Source: Macrostomum lignano (lineage: Eukaryota). Taken from it: a DNA stretch of 64,000 nucleotides. The stretch covers positions 85,220 through 149,219 of the forward strand of contig NIVC01001381.1 in the NCBI GenBank assembly GCA_002269645.1, written 5' to 3'. The notes beneath the pieces are model-generated. The model was given only the letters and a program-made list of their open reading frames with translations. It made no database searches and was not told where the DNA came from. Positions within the stretch are counted from its first letter, which is position 1, and the number at the start of each line of letters is the position of its first letter. The position numbers were made by a program, and so were the translations under genes. Positions 51,681 to 64,000 of the stretch are shown here, in pieces.

Positions 51681-53479
51681 ATGATTTGTCCAATAGCAAC
51701 AAGCCCTGCCGGAGCGGAACACTGATATGTACCAATACTTCGTATAACCATCCTCTGTCACGTGATCTTAAAAACTGATAGTGCGTCATTTAGTTTTTTA
51801 GAATTAGGGGTTTACGTCGCTAATTTGGTAAATAATTCTTGCAGAAAAACTGCTTTGCTAATTTACTTTACTTACTACTGAATTGGAGATAGTAGGCGAC
51901 CAGTAATCTTTGTAATAATTTTAGATTCTTTACCCAAGCACCTACTTTGATATACCTACTGTATTGCTTTAAGTACTATCACCAACACAGACAATTTTTT
52001 CTAAATAATTTAACACCAACCCTGCAGCTATTAAATAGTTTTCAAATTTGTAAATTTTTGTTTTAATTCTTAGCCTAACTCGCCCTGACAATATCATTAC
52101 GCTCTGTCTGCTTCGCATATCACTTGATCGTTTTCAATAATTTATATATATATATGTCATATATATGTCATTTATCTGTCTGACTGTCTGTCTTTGTCAA
52201 TCTTTTATTTGTAACATTTGCTTCTATTTTTATTTCTATCGATGATGAAGAATAGAAATCCCGCAGTTATCGTGAGACTTTGTTAAAACAAAAATTGATC
52301 TGTTGTCGTTAATAACTGATTGCACTTTTAATTAGTAGTTGTTGTTTGATAACATGGCAGCTTATGTTTGTGTGTTTTAAAATACAGATTATAAAGCGCT
52401 TAAAAAAGTCTGTTTAAACCTGTGGTCAGGATGAATTTACAGGTAAAAACTCGTCATCTGTTTCAAAGATTTTCACACCGCGCTTTTTATAACAAAAAAT
52501 TCAGTTAAAGCCTATCGATGCGTTTTTATCAGCTGCTTCTGTCGCACAAAAAGTTCTCCGCTTTCCTTCTTGTTTGGTTTCTATTTTGGTTTCCTTTTTC
52601 TGCTTATCAATTTTAGTAATTTGCTTTTTTGCGTCTTACCAACTGCCGTCTGGTGATGGTGATCGCTTTTTTGGCCCGTGTGCACCTGCAACTAGCAAAA
52701 TGATTTACTATTGTTATTATTAACATTATTATTATTATTATGGACTGTCTGTATCGCACCGGGTTGCTGTGACCGCCAACCGTCGTAGCGGCGCGACTTT
52801 TATATATTTCTAAGTAGTCACGTGTGTACATAACTTTTATTACATATTATATATATATATGAATTCATATATAGCTGTTTTTTGCTTCTTCAGTTATTAT
52901 CTATGCCCACTCTTTGTCTGTTTTGATCTTCTTTAACTAATTATCGTCTATGAAATCGGCGCACTGGGATTTCATCGCCTGCCCTCAGAATTCATCATGT
53001 TTTCTCGATTTGTGTTCAGATCTGCGTTCGAATTCACTCACCGACTCGCCGTTTAATCATTGTAGCCGAAGTTTTATATATAACTGTCGGTAAAGACATT
53101 GTCGTTTCCCCATTTTTTGACGCAAAGAAATAACTAAAATCATGTTCTAGTAGTCCAGTTTTAGCGCAAAGCAGATTTAAAAAGTAAAAGAGCGTAAGCG
53201 TTTATTAAGTCCAATCAAGTCCTTAAATGTTTTTTTGTCTTTTTTGTGCAACGGATCCTCTATGTGTGTTAAAAATATATATTATAAATTTCTTAAAAAC
53301 TCACACAGTAAAAAAGCCTGCATACAAATCTCATTGGTTTTATATGCACTAACTAAACACTAATTTCATTTTGTCTGTCATCCTTGAATTCGCTTACTAT
53401 GGGCGTTGAAAATTTCCAAAGAAACAGTTGCGTTCGTTCTGTTTTGTTTTTTACGATTGGCCAATATGAGTCTACGTAG

Positions 53480-54870
53480 GCCATTTTAATGTGTGCATTG
53501 ATTGCGAAGCTTTCTCTTCAGCCAATCAGCGATGACTTGTTGATAAGGGAAATAACAGTTGGGGTGAAGACCATTTTTATGTGTGCATTGATTGCGAAGC
53601 TTTCTCTTCAGCCAATCAGCGATGACTTGCTGATAAGGGAAATAACAGTTGGGGTGAAGACCATTTTTATGTGTGCATTGATTGCAAAGCTTTCTCCAGC
53701 TAATCAGCGATGACTTGCTGATAAGGGAAATAACAGTTGGGGTGAAGACCTTTTTTATGTGTGCATTGATTGCAAAGCTTTCTCCAGCTAATCAGCGATG
53801 ACTTGCTGATAAGGGAAATAACAGTTGGGGTGAAGACCATTTTATGTGTGCATTGATTGCGAAGCTTTCTCGTCAGCCAATCAGCGATAACTTGCTGATA
53901 AGGGAAATAACAGTTGGGGTGAAGACCATTTTATGTGTGCATTGATTGCGAAGCTTTCTCGTCAGCCAATCAGCGATAACTTGCTGATAAGGGAAATAAC
54001 AGTTGGGGTGAAGACCATTTTAATGTGTGCATTGATTGCAAAGCTTTCTCCAGCTAATCAGCGATGACTTGCTGATAAGGGAAATAACAGTTGGGGTGAA
54101 GACCATTTTAATGTGTGCATTGATTGCGAAGCTTTCTCGTCAGCCAATCAGCGATAACTTGCTGATAAGGGAAATAACAGTTGGGGTGAAGACCATTTTA
54201 TGTGTGCATTGATTGCGAAGCTTTCTCGTCAGCCAATCAGCGATAACTTGCTGATAAGGGAAATAACAGTTGGGGTGAAGACCATTTTATGTGTGTATTG
54301 ATTGCGAAGCTTTCTCGTCAGCCAATCAGCGATAACTTGCTGATAAGGGAAATAACAGTTGGGGTGAAGACCATTTTAATGTGTGCATTGATTGCAAAGC
54401 TTTCTCCAGCTAATCAGCGATGACTTGCTGATAAGGGAAATAACAGTTGGGGTGAAGACCATTTTATGTGTGCATTGATTGCGAAGCTTTCTCGTCAGCC
54501 AATCAGCGATGACTTGCTGATAAGGGAAATAACAGTTGGGGTGAAGACCATTTTAATGTGTGCATTGATTGCAAAGCTTTCTCCAGCTAATCAGCGATGA
54601 CTTGCTGATAAGGGAAATAACAGTTGGGGTGAAGACCATTTTAATGTGTGCATTGATTGCGAAGCTTTCTCGTCAGCCAATCAGCGATGACTTGCTGATA
54701 AGGGAAATAACAGTTGGGGTGAAGACCATTTTAATGTGTGCATTGATTGCGAAGCTTTCTCGTCAGCCAATCAGCGATAACTTGCTGATAAGGGAAATAA
54801 CAGTTGGGGTGAAGACCATTTTAATGTGTGCATTGATTGCGAAGCTTTCTCGTCAGCCAATCAGCGATCA
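53480..54870. repeat. 88-90-bp tandem satellite, ~15 copies
   Basis: Unit ...CAGCCAATCAGCGATGACTTGCTGATAAGGGAAATAACAGTTGGGGTGAAGACCATTTT... visible directly. Confidence 0.96.
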
Positions 54871-56348
54871 TTGATTACGAGTCGTATATTCAAGTTTTTT
54901 TGTGCAAATAACTTAAAAAAATAATTATTTTACCCCATTGTCTGCGGATTTAACCGTCTTAGCTGCAGGGCGGTCCGAAGAGGATTTAACCGTCACCTAC
55001 ACGATGCTAAAACAACAATGAACCGAATGAGCAATTCGGTCGTCGTAGAGAGGAGAAATAAACAGTTGGACCAATGGCCACTCCTCGCTCCGAATATATT
55101 ATATTTAATTTCGCTTCGGTGCAGAGCTGCAGTCCTGATTCTTGCCATAACGGCGTGAAGGTGTGAGCCCCACTGTTTTAAACTGTTTCTCAACCCTATA
55201 GCTTCTTCTCCACCTCGGGTATTTTTTCCACTCGTCTCCGTAGGATGGGGAGGGGGTTGCGTAGAGAAAAACAAAAAACTGAAAATGAGAATACAGGCAA
55301 CAGAAATTGCAATTGTGGGCCATTCGTTTTGTGAAGTACTTGGACCATGCAGCTATTTGGCGAGAGTATTCTCTTTCGCCAGTTAATTATGGCCACTTCT
55401 ATCTCTCGGTCTGTCTTCTCTGTGTTTCTCTTCTGCCACAGAGAGCGGCTCAACCACCCACCGAGCCGTGCTCAGCATAATCTGGTCATTCTCGAGTTCT
55501 CATATCTTTGGCTTCGGCGAACGCAGCCAACTCTAACTGAATTTCTTGCTCTGCGCATTATATAAGCGGCCTAAATAATAACCTAGTTTCACTTGTTCGA
55601 ATCAAAATTAATTTCGCACCTAAAAATGTCGAAACCGGAGAGACAAGTAAATATAAACAAGCGTTAGTTGTTGAGTCAATTATTGGCAACTAGTTGCAAT
55701 CGACTCGGCACTTGTGGAAGATTCTGGTTCAAGATGGCTTCGCCTTCGATAGCTACCGTCGGGGAAGAGCAGCAGCAGCCGGGAGCAGCTCCGCAAACCG
55801 TCAGTCAGCGCAGAGTCGGCAGGCGCTGCGGCATTATCGGGGGAGCGGCGATGTCAACAACCTCCGGGCTGGCGTCGGGCGAGTCAAGGCGAAGCATGCC
55901 CTGTGAGTTGGGAAGAGTTCTCAGTCAGTGACTTGCAGAAAGTTGTTCGAGGCAAAGGTCAAAAGTTCAATTAGTTAGATCATGACACCCGTTCAGCCGA
56001 ACTCTGACTTTAACTCACGAGTTTCTCACTGTTTGCCAAGTTTTGGTGACGACGACCTTTTCATGGACAGCTGAAAATAAGTCGCGGACTGGAGGCCCAA
56101 TTTTTTCTGAGTTTGTTTAATTCTCTCATTATACACCCATTGTGACCCTTTTAGTCTGACTAAGGAACCCATGAGCTCAATATTTACACAATTTTGGGTC
56201 AAGAAAAAGCATGAAAACCATAATGTGGAGGTTGGTTTGCAAATTTAGGCAATTTAGGCAAATTCTGCTATTAGACATTGGGTTGCTTGTCATTCTAAAT
56301 GACTTTACTATCTAGATGACAGTCGATAAACTTGCAAAGCCTCTACTC

Positions 56349-56747
56349 CAGGGGTTGAAAAACTTTTTTACCTCAAGGGCCAGGTGTAGAACCTAGCTAA
56401 TGAGGAGAGAGAGGAGAGGGAATAGAGAAGAGAGAGAAAAGATACGAGAAGGGATCGAGACGAGGGAATGAAGGAAAAAGTAGGAGACGAAAGAAGAGAA
56501 AGGGAGGGGAGAGGAAAAGAGAGATGAGAGATGAGGAGAGAGGAGATTAGATAAGGAAAGGAGATAGAAAAAAGAGGAGAGGGGAAATCGAGGACAAAGG
56601 AGAAGAGATATGAGAGATCAAGAGAGAAGATAGGAGAGATTCGACTAGATATCTGAAAGGAGACACCTTGAGCGGACAGGATTGCTACTGTAAAATTTCA
56701 AATGACCCGATCGCGAGGGCCGGATTGAGAGGCTTTGTCGACCCCTG
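56349..56747. mobile_element. hAT-like MITE
   Basis: Ends CAGGGGTTGAAAAAC...GTCGACCCCTG with subterminal GGGCC motifs typical of hAT MITEs. The 8-bp flanks match only 5/8 (CTCTACTC vs ATTTACTT). Confidence 0.55.
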
Positions 56748-57069
56748 ATTTACTTACTACGTGGTAGATAAATCGCCAGTGCATTTATTTTAGAGCGATT
56801 TTATGGCATAATTTGAGCTCAGGTTTTATTGGATGAAATATAACAACCAGAGCTCAGATTGACTCCAAAATTTCACACCATTTTAACAAAACTTTTGCGT
56901 CGTTTAGTCCCATAAAAAAGTTCCAAATCACGACGCTAAATGATGCGAAACGAAAACTTACATTCAAAATGCCCTGTGCTTGCCTTGAAACATTCCAAGC
57001 CAGGAAACCAGACTTAAAATTGGGTCTTTTCACTGATTAACGATTCTGTCTGACCGCTCAGTCTTCAAC

Positions 57070-57862
57070 TTCACTCCCCATCTTTAATCCCATCTTCAAT
57101 CCCATCTTCAATCTCCACCTTCATTGCCCTTTTTCAATCCCCATCTTCAATCTTCATCTTCACTCCCCATCTTCACTCCCCATCTTCAATCCCAATCTTC
57201 ACTCCCCATCTTCAATCCCCATCTTCAATCCCCATCTTTGATCCCCATCTTCAATCCCCATCTTTGATCCCCATCTTTGATCCCCATCTTCAATCCCAAT
57301 CTTCAATCCCCATCTTCAATCCCCATCTTTAATCCCCATCTTCACTCCCCATCTTCAATCCCCATCTTTGATCCCCATATTCAATCCCCATCTTCACTCC
57401 CCATCTTCACTCCCCATCTTCACTCCCCATCTTCACTCCCCATCTTCAATCCCCATCTTTAATCCCCATCTTCAATCCCCATCTTCAATCCCCATCTTCA
57501 ATCCCCATCTTCAATCCCCATCTTCAATCCCCATCTTCAATCCCCATCTTCAATCCCCATCTTCAATCCCCATCTTCAATCCCCATCTTCAATCCCCATC
57601 TTCAATCCCCATCTTTAATCCCCATCTTCACTCCCCATCTTCAATCCCCATCTTTAATCCCCATCTTCACTCCCCATCTTCAATCCCCATCTTTAATCCC
57701 CATCTTCACTCCCCATCTTCACTCCCCATCTTCAATCCCCATCTTCAATCCCCATCTTCAATCCCCATCTTTAATCCCAATCTTCACTCCCCATCTTCAA
57801 TCCCCATCTTCACTCCCCATCTTCACTCCCCATCTTCAATCCCCATCTTTGATCCCCATCAT
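57070..57862. repeat. 13-bp minisatellite (CCCCATCTTCAAT)
   Basis: Direct. Confidence 0.95.
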
Positions 57863-58996
57863 CTGTGCTGCTCAATCCTCCCCTTCTTGACCTCAATTTT
57901 GAATCTTCTCTTAGCCAGAACTTTTCCTCTTTTCAACTCGAAGTGATCGAAGCTTGTATTTGTGGTTTTCCCAGAATTTTCGGCTCCGCCTTTTCCCTCG
58001 TTTTAAGCAGTCAAACTCAGAACTGATTCTGCCAGCCAGAGTCAATGGATTTCCTCACAGAACAGCCCGAACCCTTTAATTGGCCCTACATTATCGTAAT
58101 CAATCAATGCAGTGACTGACCTCCAGACACCGACCATTCGTTCAGTGGCTGCCCCAAAAGTGCCATTTAATCGCTGATTGATGGGCACACCCCCCCCCCC
58201 CCGACTGAAGGCAGCATGACTGAAGCTCACTCAGAACTTATTGATTGCCAAATCTCAATCATATCTCCAGCAAAGTTTTATCTTGTTCAGTTAATCTTTG
58301 TAGAATGGCTTTTGAGTCGATGTTTTGTGCATTATAGTATTCTCGTACTGCATAAAATCGTACAACTGTAAAAGTGTATAAACGGCATTTCTACTGCTAG
58401 TAAAGTTTGTAGGGTTAAGAAGCGTGCACAATATTCTTAGCAGAAAGTTTAAAACAAAACTTCCATAAAGTTTATAGTACAGCTCGTTCTTTGAAGAAAG
58501 AATATCAAATCCCAGTTGCTGTCTGCCACATCCCAAAGCCGCGAAGGTCATTTAACCAATTTTCTTATTACAATAACTGAGGAATAAAGTTCGACCCTTC
58601 TAAGAAACAGAGACATTCGATCGTATCCAGCGACTTAAAAATAACGACAAAGAAGCTGAACGGGTCCACAGCGTGCTTGGGGAATTACCTGCATGGCACT
58701 TAATTCGCTCCGTTCTTCTCCTATCTGAGTTTTCCATTTTCAAGAGCTCCTCCCGCACCTGCGTTCGATATTTGCCATTAGCGAGGCTGGATTTGAAATC
58801 GAGATGAGGGGGATAGGAAGATATTGGAAAATGGCTGAGACCTGAGGCCTGAGAATGATAAATAGCCACCCAATGTCCTGCGCAGCCTTCCTGCCGAGCG
58901 CTGTACAATTGTCAGTGTCGCAGGTTTAGAAGTCAGGCCGCCAAACAGCATGTTCAGGCCGCAGCTCAGAAACAGCCGCAGGAATGCCAGCATAAT

Positions 58997-59028
<32 letters not shown>

Positions 59029-59319
59029 CGCAACAAAATCAACGGCCGAGCCAAAAGGAGCAAACACTGAGGAGCGAACACCAGCGAGCAGCTTTGCGAA
59101 GCAGATCGACGAGTCATATGCTTGACTGTTGTTGCTCCCACTTGCATTTCAACAGCTGCTGCCGCTGCTGCTGCTGTTTTTGTGAATGCAACTTGCACCA
59201 AGTCTGCCACGGTTGCATCGGTGCCTGCACAAACTGCTCCAACATCTGCTTCTGCGACAGCGAGACTGGAAGCAATTGTGCCCAGTGCTCAAGTTAGTCC
59301 TGCCTTTTTGCTAACTCTT

Positions 59320-59930
59320 AGTCAGTCAGTGAGTCAGTCAGTCAGTGAGTCAGTGAGTCAGTCAGTCAGTCAGTCAGTCAGTCAGTCAGTCAGTCAGTCA
59401 GTCAGTCAGTCAGTCAGTCAGTCAGTCAGTCAGTCAGTCAGTCAGTCAGTCAGTCAGTCAGTCAGTCAGTCAGTCAGTCAGTCAGTCAGTCTCAGTCAGT
59501 CAGTCAGTCAGTCAGTCAGTCAGTCAGTCAGTCAGTCAGTCAGTCAGTCAGTCAGTCAGTCAGTCAGTCAGTCAGTCAGTCAGTCAGTCAGTCAGTCAGT
59601 CAGTCAGTCAGTCAGTCAGTCAGTCAGTCAGTCAGTCAGTCAGTCAGTCAGTCAGTCAGTCAGTGAGTGAGTGAGTCAGTCAGTCAGTCAGTCAGTCAGT
59701 CAGTCAGTGAGTCAGTCAGTCAGTCAGTCAGTCAGTCAGTCAGTCAGTCAGTGAGTGAGTGAGTCAGTCAGTCAGTCAGTCAGTCAGTCAGTCAGTCAGT
59801 CAGTCAGTCAGTCAGTCAGTCAGTCAGTCAGTCAGTCAGTCAGTCAGTCAGTCAGTCAGTCAGTCAGTCAGTCAGTCAGTCAGTCAGTCAGTCAGTCAGT
59901 CAGTCAGTCAGTCAGTCAGTCAGTTAGTCA
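59320..59930. repeat. (AGTC)n microsatellite
   Basis: Direct. Confidence 0.97.
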
Positions 59931-60777
59931 GCACGAGAGCGCAGGGCCCGAAGCGATGACAGGGGGCTTCGCCAGAACAGGCAGCCCACTCTTCTATTTG
60001 CAGCGCCTGCAGTCGGGAACCCAGCCCAGTCCTGCATGTTTAACAGACTTGGCTAGCAAAAATTATCATTCCTTCAGCGCAGTAGTCTCGGTAAAATGCT
60101 GCCCCATTAGCCTAGTAAGCCTTTACAAGCTTTTTAGAAGAAAGCCTTTAGAAGAAGGACTGCCCTCTCGGTGCGTTAAAAGGACCCTTTGGCCGGCAGA
60201 AGATATCGAGTCTGACACTTTGGGCGCTAATTCGAGACACTACTGCAAACGAATGCTGCATGCGGATTCCAACTACAATAAATCTCCACGGAGACTGCAG
60301 AATGCCATGCATATAGCTATAGGGTTAAGTCTAACCCGCACAGGGCCCCAACTCCCAACTCTCCCTGCTTGCCTCTCCCGTCTCTCAGTGGGATTGGACC
60401 TCGCCTCCAGCCTCCTCCTCCTCCATTCCTGACAACTTTTCGCCCTGATATCAGCGCCAGTTCATTGGGCCGCTAGGCGGATTGTCGGCAAGGAAACAAA
60501 AATAGCTCCAATAGCTTTGCCAACTCTGTCGCGGAATAAACGTTCTAAAAAGCGTTCTGTAAGAATCCTCAGACGAAACCTCTTCTAACCGAATTCAGTC
60601 AGCAGCTTCCGAGAACGACGCCGGGCAGACTCGGACCGAGACGCTGAAAACGACCAGCAGGCGATCGGCAACCAGAGCAACCCTCTTGACGGAGCAGCGG
60701 AACAGCGGCCAAGACGCCATCGCCGCTGTCATCGACGCCGGGGAACAACTACAGCGGCTGGAGCCACAGACTCTGGC

Positions 60778-63693
60778 ATGTCCATAGCGCCGGCTGTTTC
60801 TGCGGCCGCAGCAATGGTCGCTGGCACTGCAGTGGCCTCGATGGCGGCGGCTCGCGCTGGCTCGCTGGCCAAGGCGGGCAGCATCGCGCCCGGCCGCCCG
60901 CCGCCGCCGGAGAACCGCATCGTCATCAACGTCGGCGGCGTCCGCTTCGAGACGTACAAATCCACGCTGAAGAACATCCCGGACACGCGGCTGGCCTGGC
61001 TAACGGAGACCACGTCAACTAACAATGCCGATTTCGACCCGGACACTGGCGAGTACTTCTTCGACAGGCACAGCGGCGTGTTCGCAATGATCCTCAACTA
61101 CTACCGCACCGGCCGGCTGCACACCCCCATGGACATCTGCGGCCCCATGTTCGAGGAGGAGCTGGCCTACTGGGGCATCGACGAGAAGCAGATGGAGTCC
61201 TGCTGCTGGACCACCTACCGGACCCACCGGGACGCGCAGGAGACCCTCGCTGAGCTGAACGGCGGCGAACTGTCTGACGATGACGACGACGACGGTGAGA
61301 ATGACACGGCGAAGAAGTTCGGCATCGAAGAGGCCGCCGCGCCTGAGCTCACCTGGTGGCAGCGCTGCCGGCCCAGGGCCTGGGCCTGGCTGGAGGGGCA
61401 GGGAGTCGGAGTGCCCGGGAAGGTGAGACTGACTGACTGACTGACTGACTGACTGACTGACTGACTGACTGACTGACTGACTGACTGACTGACTGACTGA
61501 CTGACTGACTGACTGACTGACTGACTGACTGACTGACTGACTGACTGACTGACTGACTGACTGACTGACTGACTGACTGACTGACTGACTGACTGACTGA
61601 CTGACTGACTGACTGACTGACTGACTGACTGACTGACTGACTGACTGACTGACTGACTGACTGACTGACTGACTGACTGACTGACTGACTGACTGACTGA
61701 CTGACTGACTGACTGACTGACTGACTGACTGACTGACTGACTGACTGACTGACTGACTGACTAATCTATTGCATGAACACTATGGCACTTTGGCTCAGAC
61801 AACGGTGCAGCACTAAGTTTTGTGCAGTTGTTGACACGAACATGCGAACAGCAGTTGTGAAGGGAAATAACATTTTAGCTCTGATGAAGTTAATCCCTGC
61901 AATTTATCTTCACGTTCTAGTGGGGGGACGTTGGCATTCCTTTCATTGAGATTTGCGCGTGTCAATGTTGTTTACTTTGTCAGCAGTGCTATTGCAGTAG
62001 TGAGTCAACGACAACAGTATCTGCCATCTCCGCGCGGAGTGGAATGGGGCTAGGAACAACTGTCAAACAAAGGTCGACGCGTGCGTCCGGAGTGTGTCCG
62101 GCCCCCGCCACTCCGGGCTTGCAGCGGGGTGGAACAGGTCGCGGACGACCCAAAAGGCGCCGCGAAAATTGGGATAAAAGAAGCGTTTGCATTATGCATG
62201 CCAAGGAGATCCTCGGGTGGTTGAGTCTGTTTTAGAGCAAAAAACTCTCTAGCTGGTCCGTCTTTATCCGCGCGCAGGAGCTGGCAGGGGCGGCCCCAGG
62301 AGGAGGCGAAGGCGTGGCCTGAGCGGGATATTTTTATACGGGCGGATCCGGGAAGAGAAGGAGCTGCTGATGACGAGAAGCGGAAGCTGACAGTGAATTG
62401 AGGCTGGACTGGGTTGCAGGGGCGGTGGGGTGAAGCCTCTCAGTAGGCAGAGAAACCTGACACACACCTCCGCCTCATCATCCATTCTAGAGGCTGAACT
62501 GTCCAACTCCGTGGGTGACTGGGTCCTGAGTAGCAACTGATGTCCAAAATTCCCATGGATAAGCTGAAAACGAGGGATTTTTTCTGAGAAAAAACACCAA
62601 AGATTTGCCGGTGTTTCTTGTTCAGCTGCCACATTTCGCTAGTGGTGGCGGCGAGGCTGCCATTTGCTTTACTTTGAAGCAGTCTTCTATGAGTAAAAAC
62701 TTGACTAATTAATCTTTACCTGCCGACGACAGGCCTTCGACTTGAAGCTTGAAGCTAAAGAAAAAATGGTTGAAAATTGAAAAATTTACAGACTATAGAA
62801 ACAAATTGTTAGAATTGTGGCTTCCGCAACGGAAACAGAGTATTGCGGCTAGCCGACAGAGGGCGCAGAAGGGCATCAAGGAAGTTAAAGAAAGCGAAAG
62901 AAAGCAGAAAAATTCGATTTTTTTCGGTTTCTACAGCGCCGGATGCCTGGGCTGGAAAAGTTAGCTGAAGTGAATTCTGTCGAGAATGAAGCAACACAAA
63001 CGGCAAGTAATCGTCTACCTGGCCCTTGCGCGTCTCTGCTATGCAGATTCAGCCTCTCGTGTTGCATTCCACCCCCCCCCTTGTGCAGCATGGCCAGTCA
63101 GATTGGGGTTGACATATTCGTCTGAAGTCAATGCGCAGTGTCTGTCATCCGCGGTGCATGAGGCGAACTGCACTGCAATGCTAACTGAGGCACACTTGAC
63201 TGCAGTTGATGCAAGCCATTTGTGGCAAGCCGGGTCTGATTTTAATCACTATATGGGATGTGAAGTGCTGCTGTTGCCGGGGACAGACATTCAACCCTTA
63301 AGTAAGGCAGAACAATGCCCTTGAGGCCTGTTCACACAGCCATTAAACCACGCGGCTGATGTACGAGTTGAAGACAACGGAACATCATGGCTGCTTTACA
63401 GAGTGTACGTGCCCGACGATTAGATTGCAGCGCTGGTTTCGGAACGATGTCGCATGAAGGCATTGCGCCCGCAGCATTCCTGCAGTTATTATTGTCATAG
63501 TTAAACTTTCGCAACTCGCTTCCAGATTCTGGCAACAGTGTCCGTCCTGTTCATCCTGGCGTCCATTGTCATTTTTATGGTGGAAACCCTGCCGAGTGTG
63601 CGAACAGTTCGACCAGAATCGAATGTGAGCAACTGCACGGGACTGACTGTGTCGGATTGTCTCAGGCAGACTACCCCTCACGCGGCTATACAG
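60778..63693 (+). CDS. Shaw: Shaw/Kv3 voltage-gated potassium channel, 5' exons (T1 domain and S1); continues beyond the window
   Basis: Exon 60778-61422: ENRIVINVGGVRFETY...EYFFDRH...ILNYYRTGRLH...CGPMFEEELAYWG...CCW..Y..HRDAQETL (Kv3-type T1). Exon 63526-63693: ILATVSVLFILASIVIFMVETLP (S1). Phase 0. Confidence 0.92.
61426..61762. repeat. (GACT)n microsatellite at the start of the Shaw intron
   Basis: Direct. Confidence 0.97.
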
Positions 63694-63774
63694 GTAATCA
63701 TGTTTGTGAATAGTATGCAGTACCGTATGCTCATTGTGTTTTTGCTATTTCAGACGTGATAAAATTGCTTCGAA

Positions 63775-64000
63775 TGGCCCTCTCTATCCGGCCCTCTCTA
63801 AAGAGCCTCTCTATCCGGCCCTCTCTAAAGAGCCTCTCTATCCGGCCTCTCTAAAGAGCCTCTCTATCCGGCCCTCTCTAAAGAGCCTCTCTATCCGGCC
63901 CTCTCTAAAGAGCCTCTCTATCCGGCCCTCTCTAAGAGCCTCTCTATCCGGCCCTCTCTAAAAAGCCTCTCTATCCGGCCCTCTCTAAAGAGCCTCTCTA
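63775..64000. repeat. ~29-bp minisatellite (AGAGCCTCTCTATCCGGCCCTCTCTAA), runs off the window
   Basis: Direct. Confidence 0.93.

Noticed and set aside
53480-54870. CRISPR-like appearance of regular arrays (also 37970-38652, 35122-35612, 51320-51680)
   Set aside because: Units are head-to-tail with no unique spacers, there are no cas genes, and the context is eukaryotic.
59100-59297. Metallothionein-like Cys-rich peptide
   Set aside because: Many Cys come from (GCT)n read as TGC, and another frame gives ordinary Ala/Thr-rich sequence; kept only as a low-interest unassigned segment.

Overview
Eukaryotic (metazoan) genomic DNA with GT-AG introns, GC-rich exons and introns full of micro- and minisatellites. 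The style resembles the flatworm Macrostomum, but this is inference only. In order: (1) the 5' part of a NACHT/WD40 NWD1/2-like gene (-) with one in-frame TGA; (2) an internally deleted BEL/Pao LTR retrotransposon and a TA-flanked MITE; (3) an MFS monocarboxylate-transporter-like gene with a partial tandem duplication; (4) a ~23 kb, ~30-exon PARP4 (vault PARP) gene (-); (5) a C18orf21/RMP24-like gene (+); (6) thymine-DNA glycosylase TDG (+); (7) the 5' exons of a Shaw/Kv3 channel (+). The main finding is the PARP4 gene. Manual splice-phase tracing gives one continuous frame: BRCT, PARP catalytic (H-Y-E), VIT, vWA, inserted region, C-terminal MVP-interacting domain. The inserted region corresponds to the disordered, fast-evolving linker of vertebrate PARP4. 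Here it holds a ubiquitin-like domain ending LRLRGG, an actin N-terminal fragment with an exactly conserved D-loop, duplicated symmetric phase-1 acidic exons and an Hsp70 substrate-binding beta domain, an architecture suggestive of integrated decoys. All gene models and alignments were made by eye from remembered reference sequences and were not computed.
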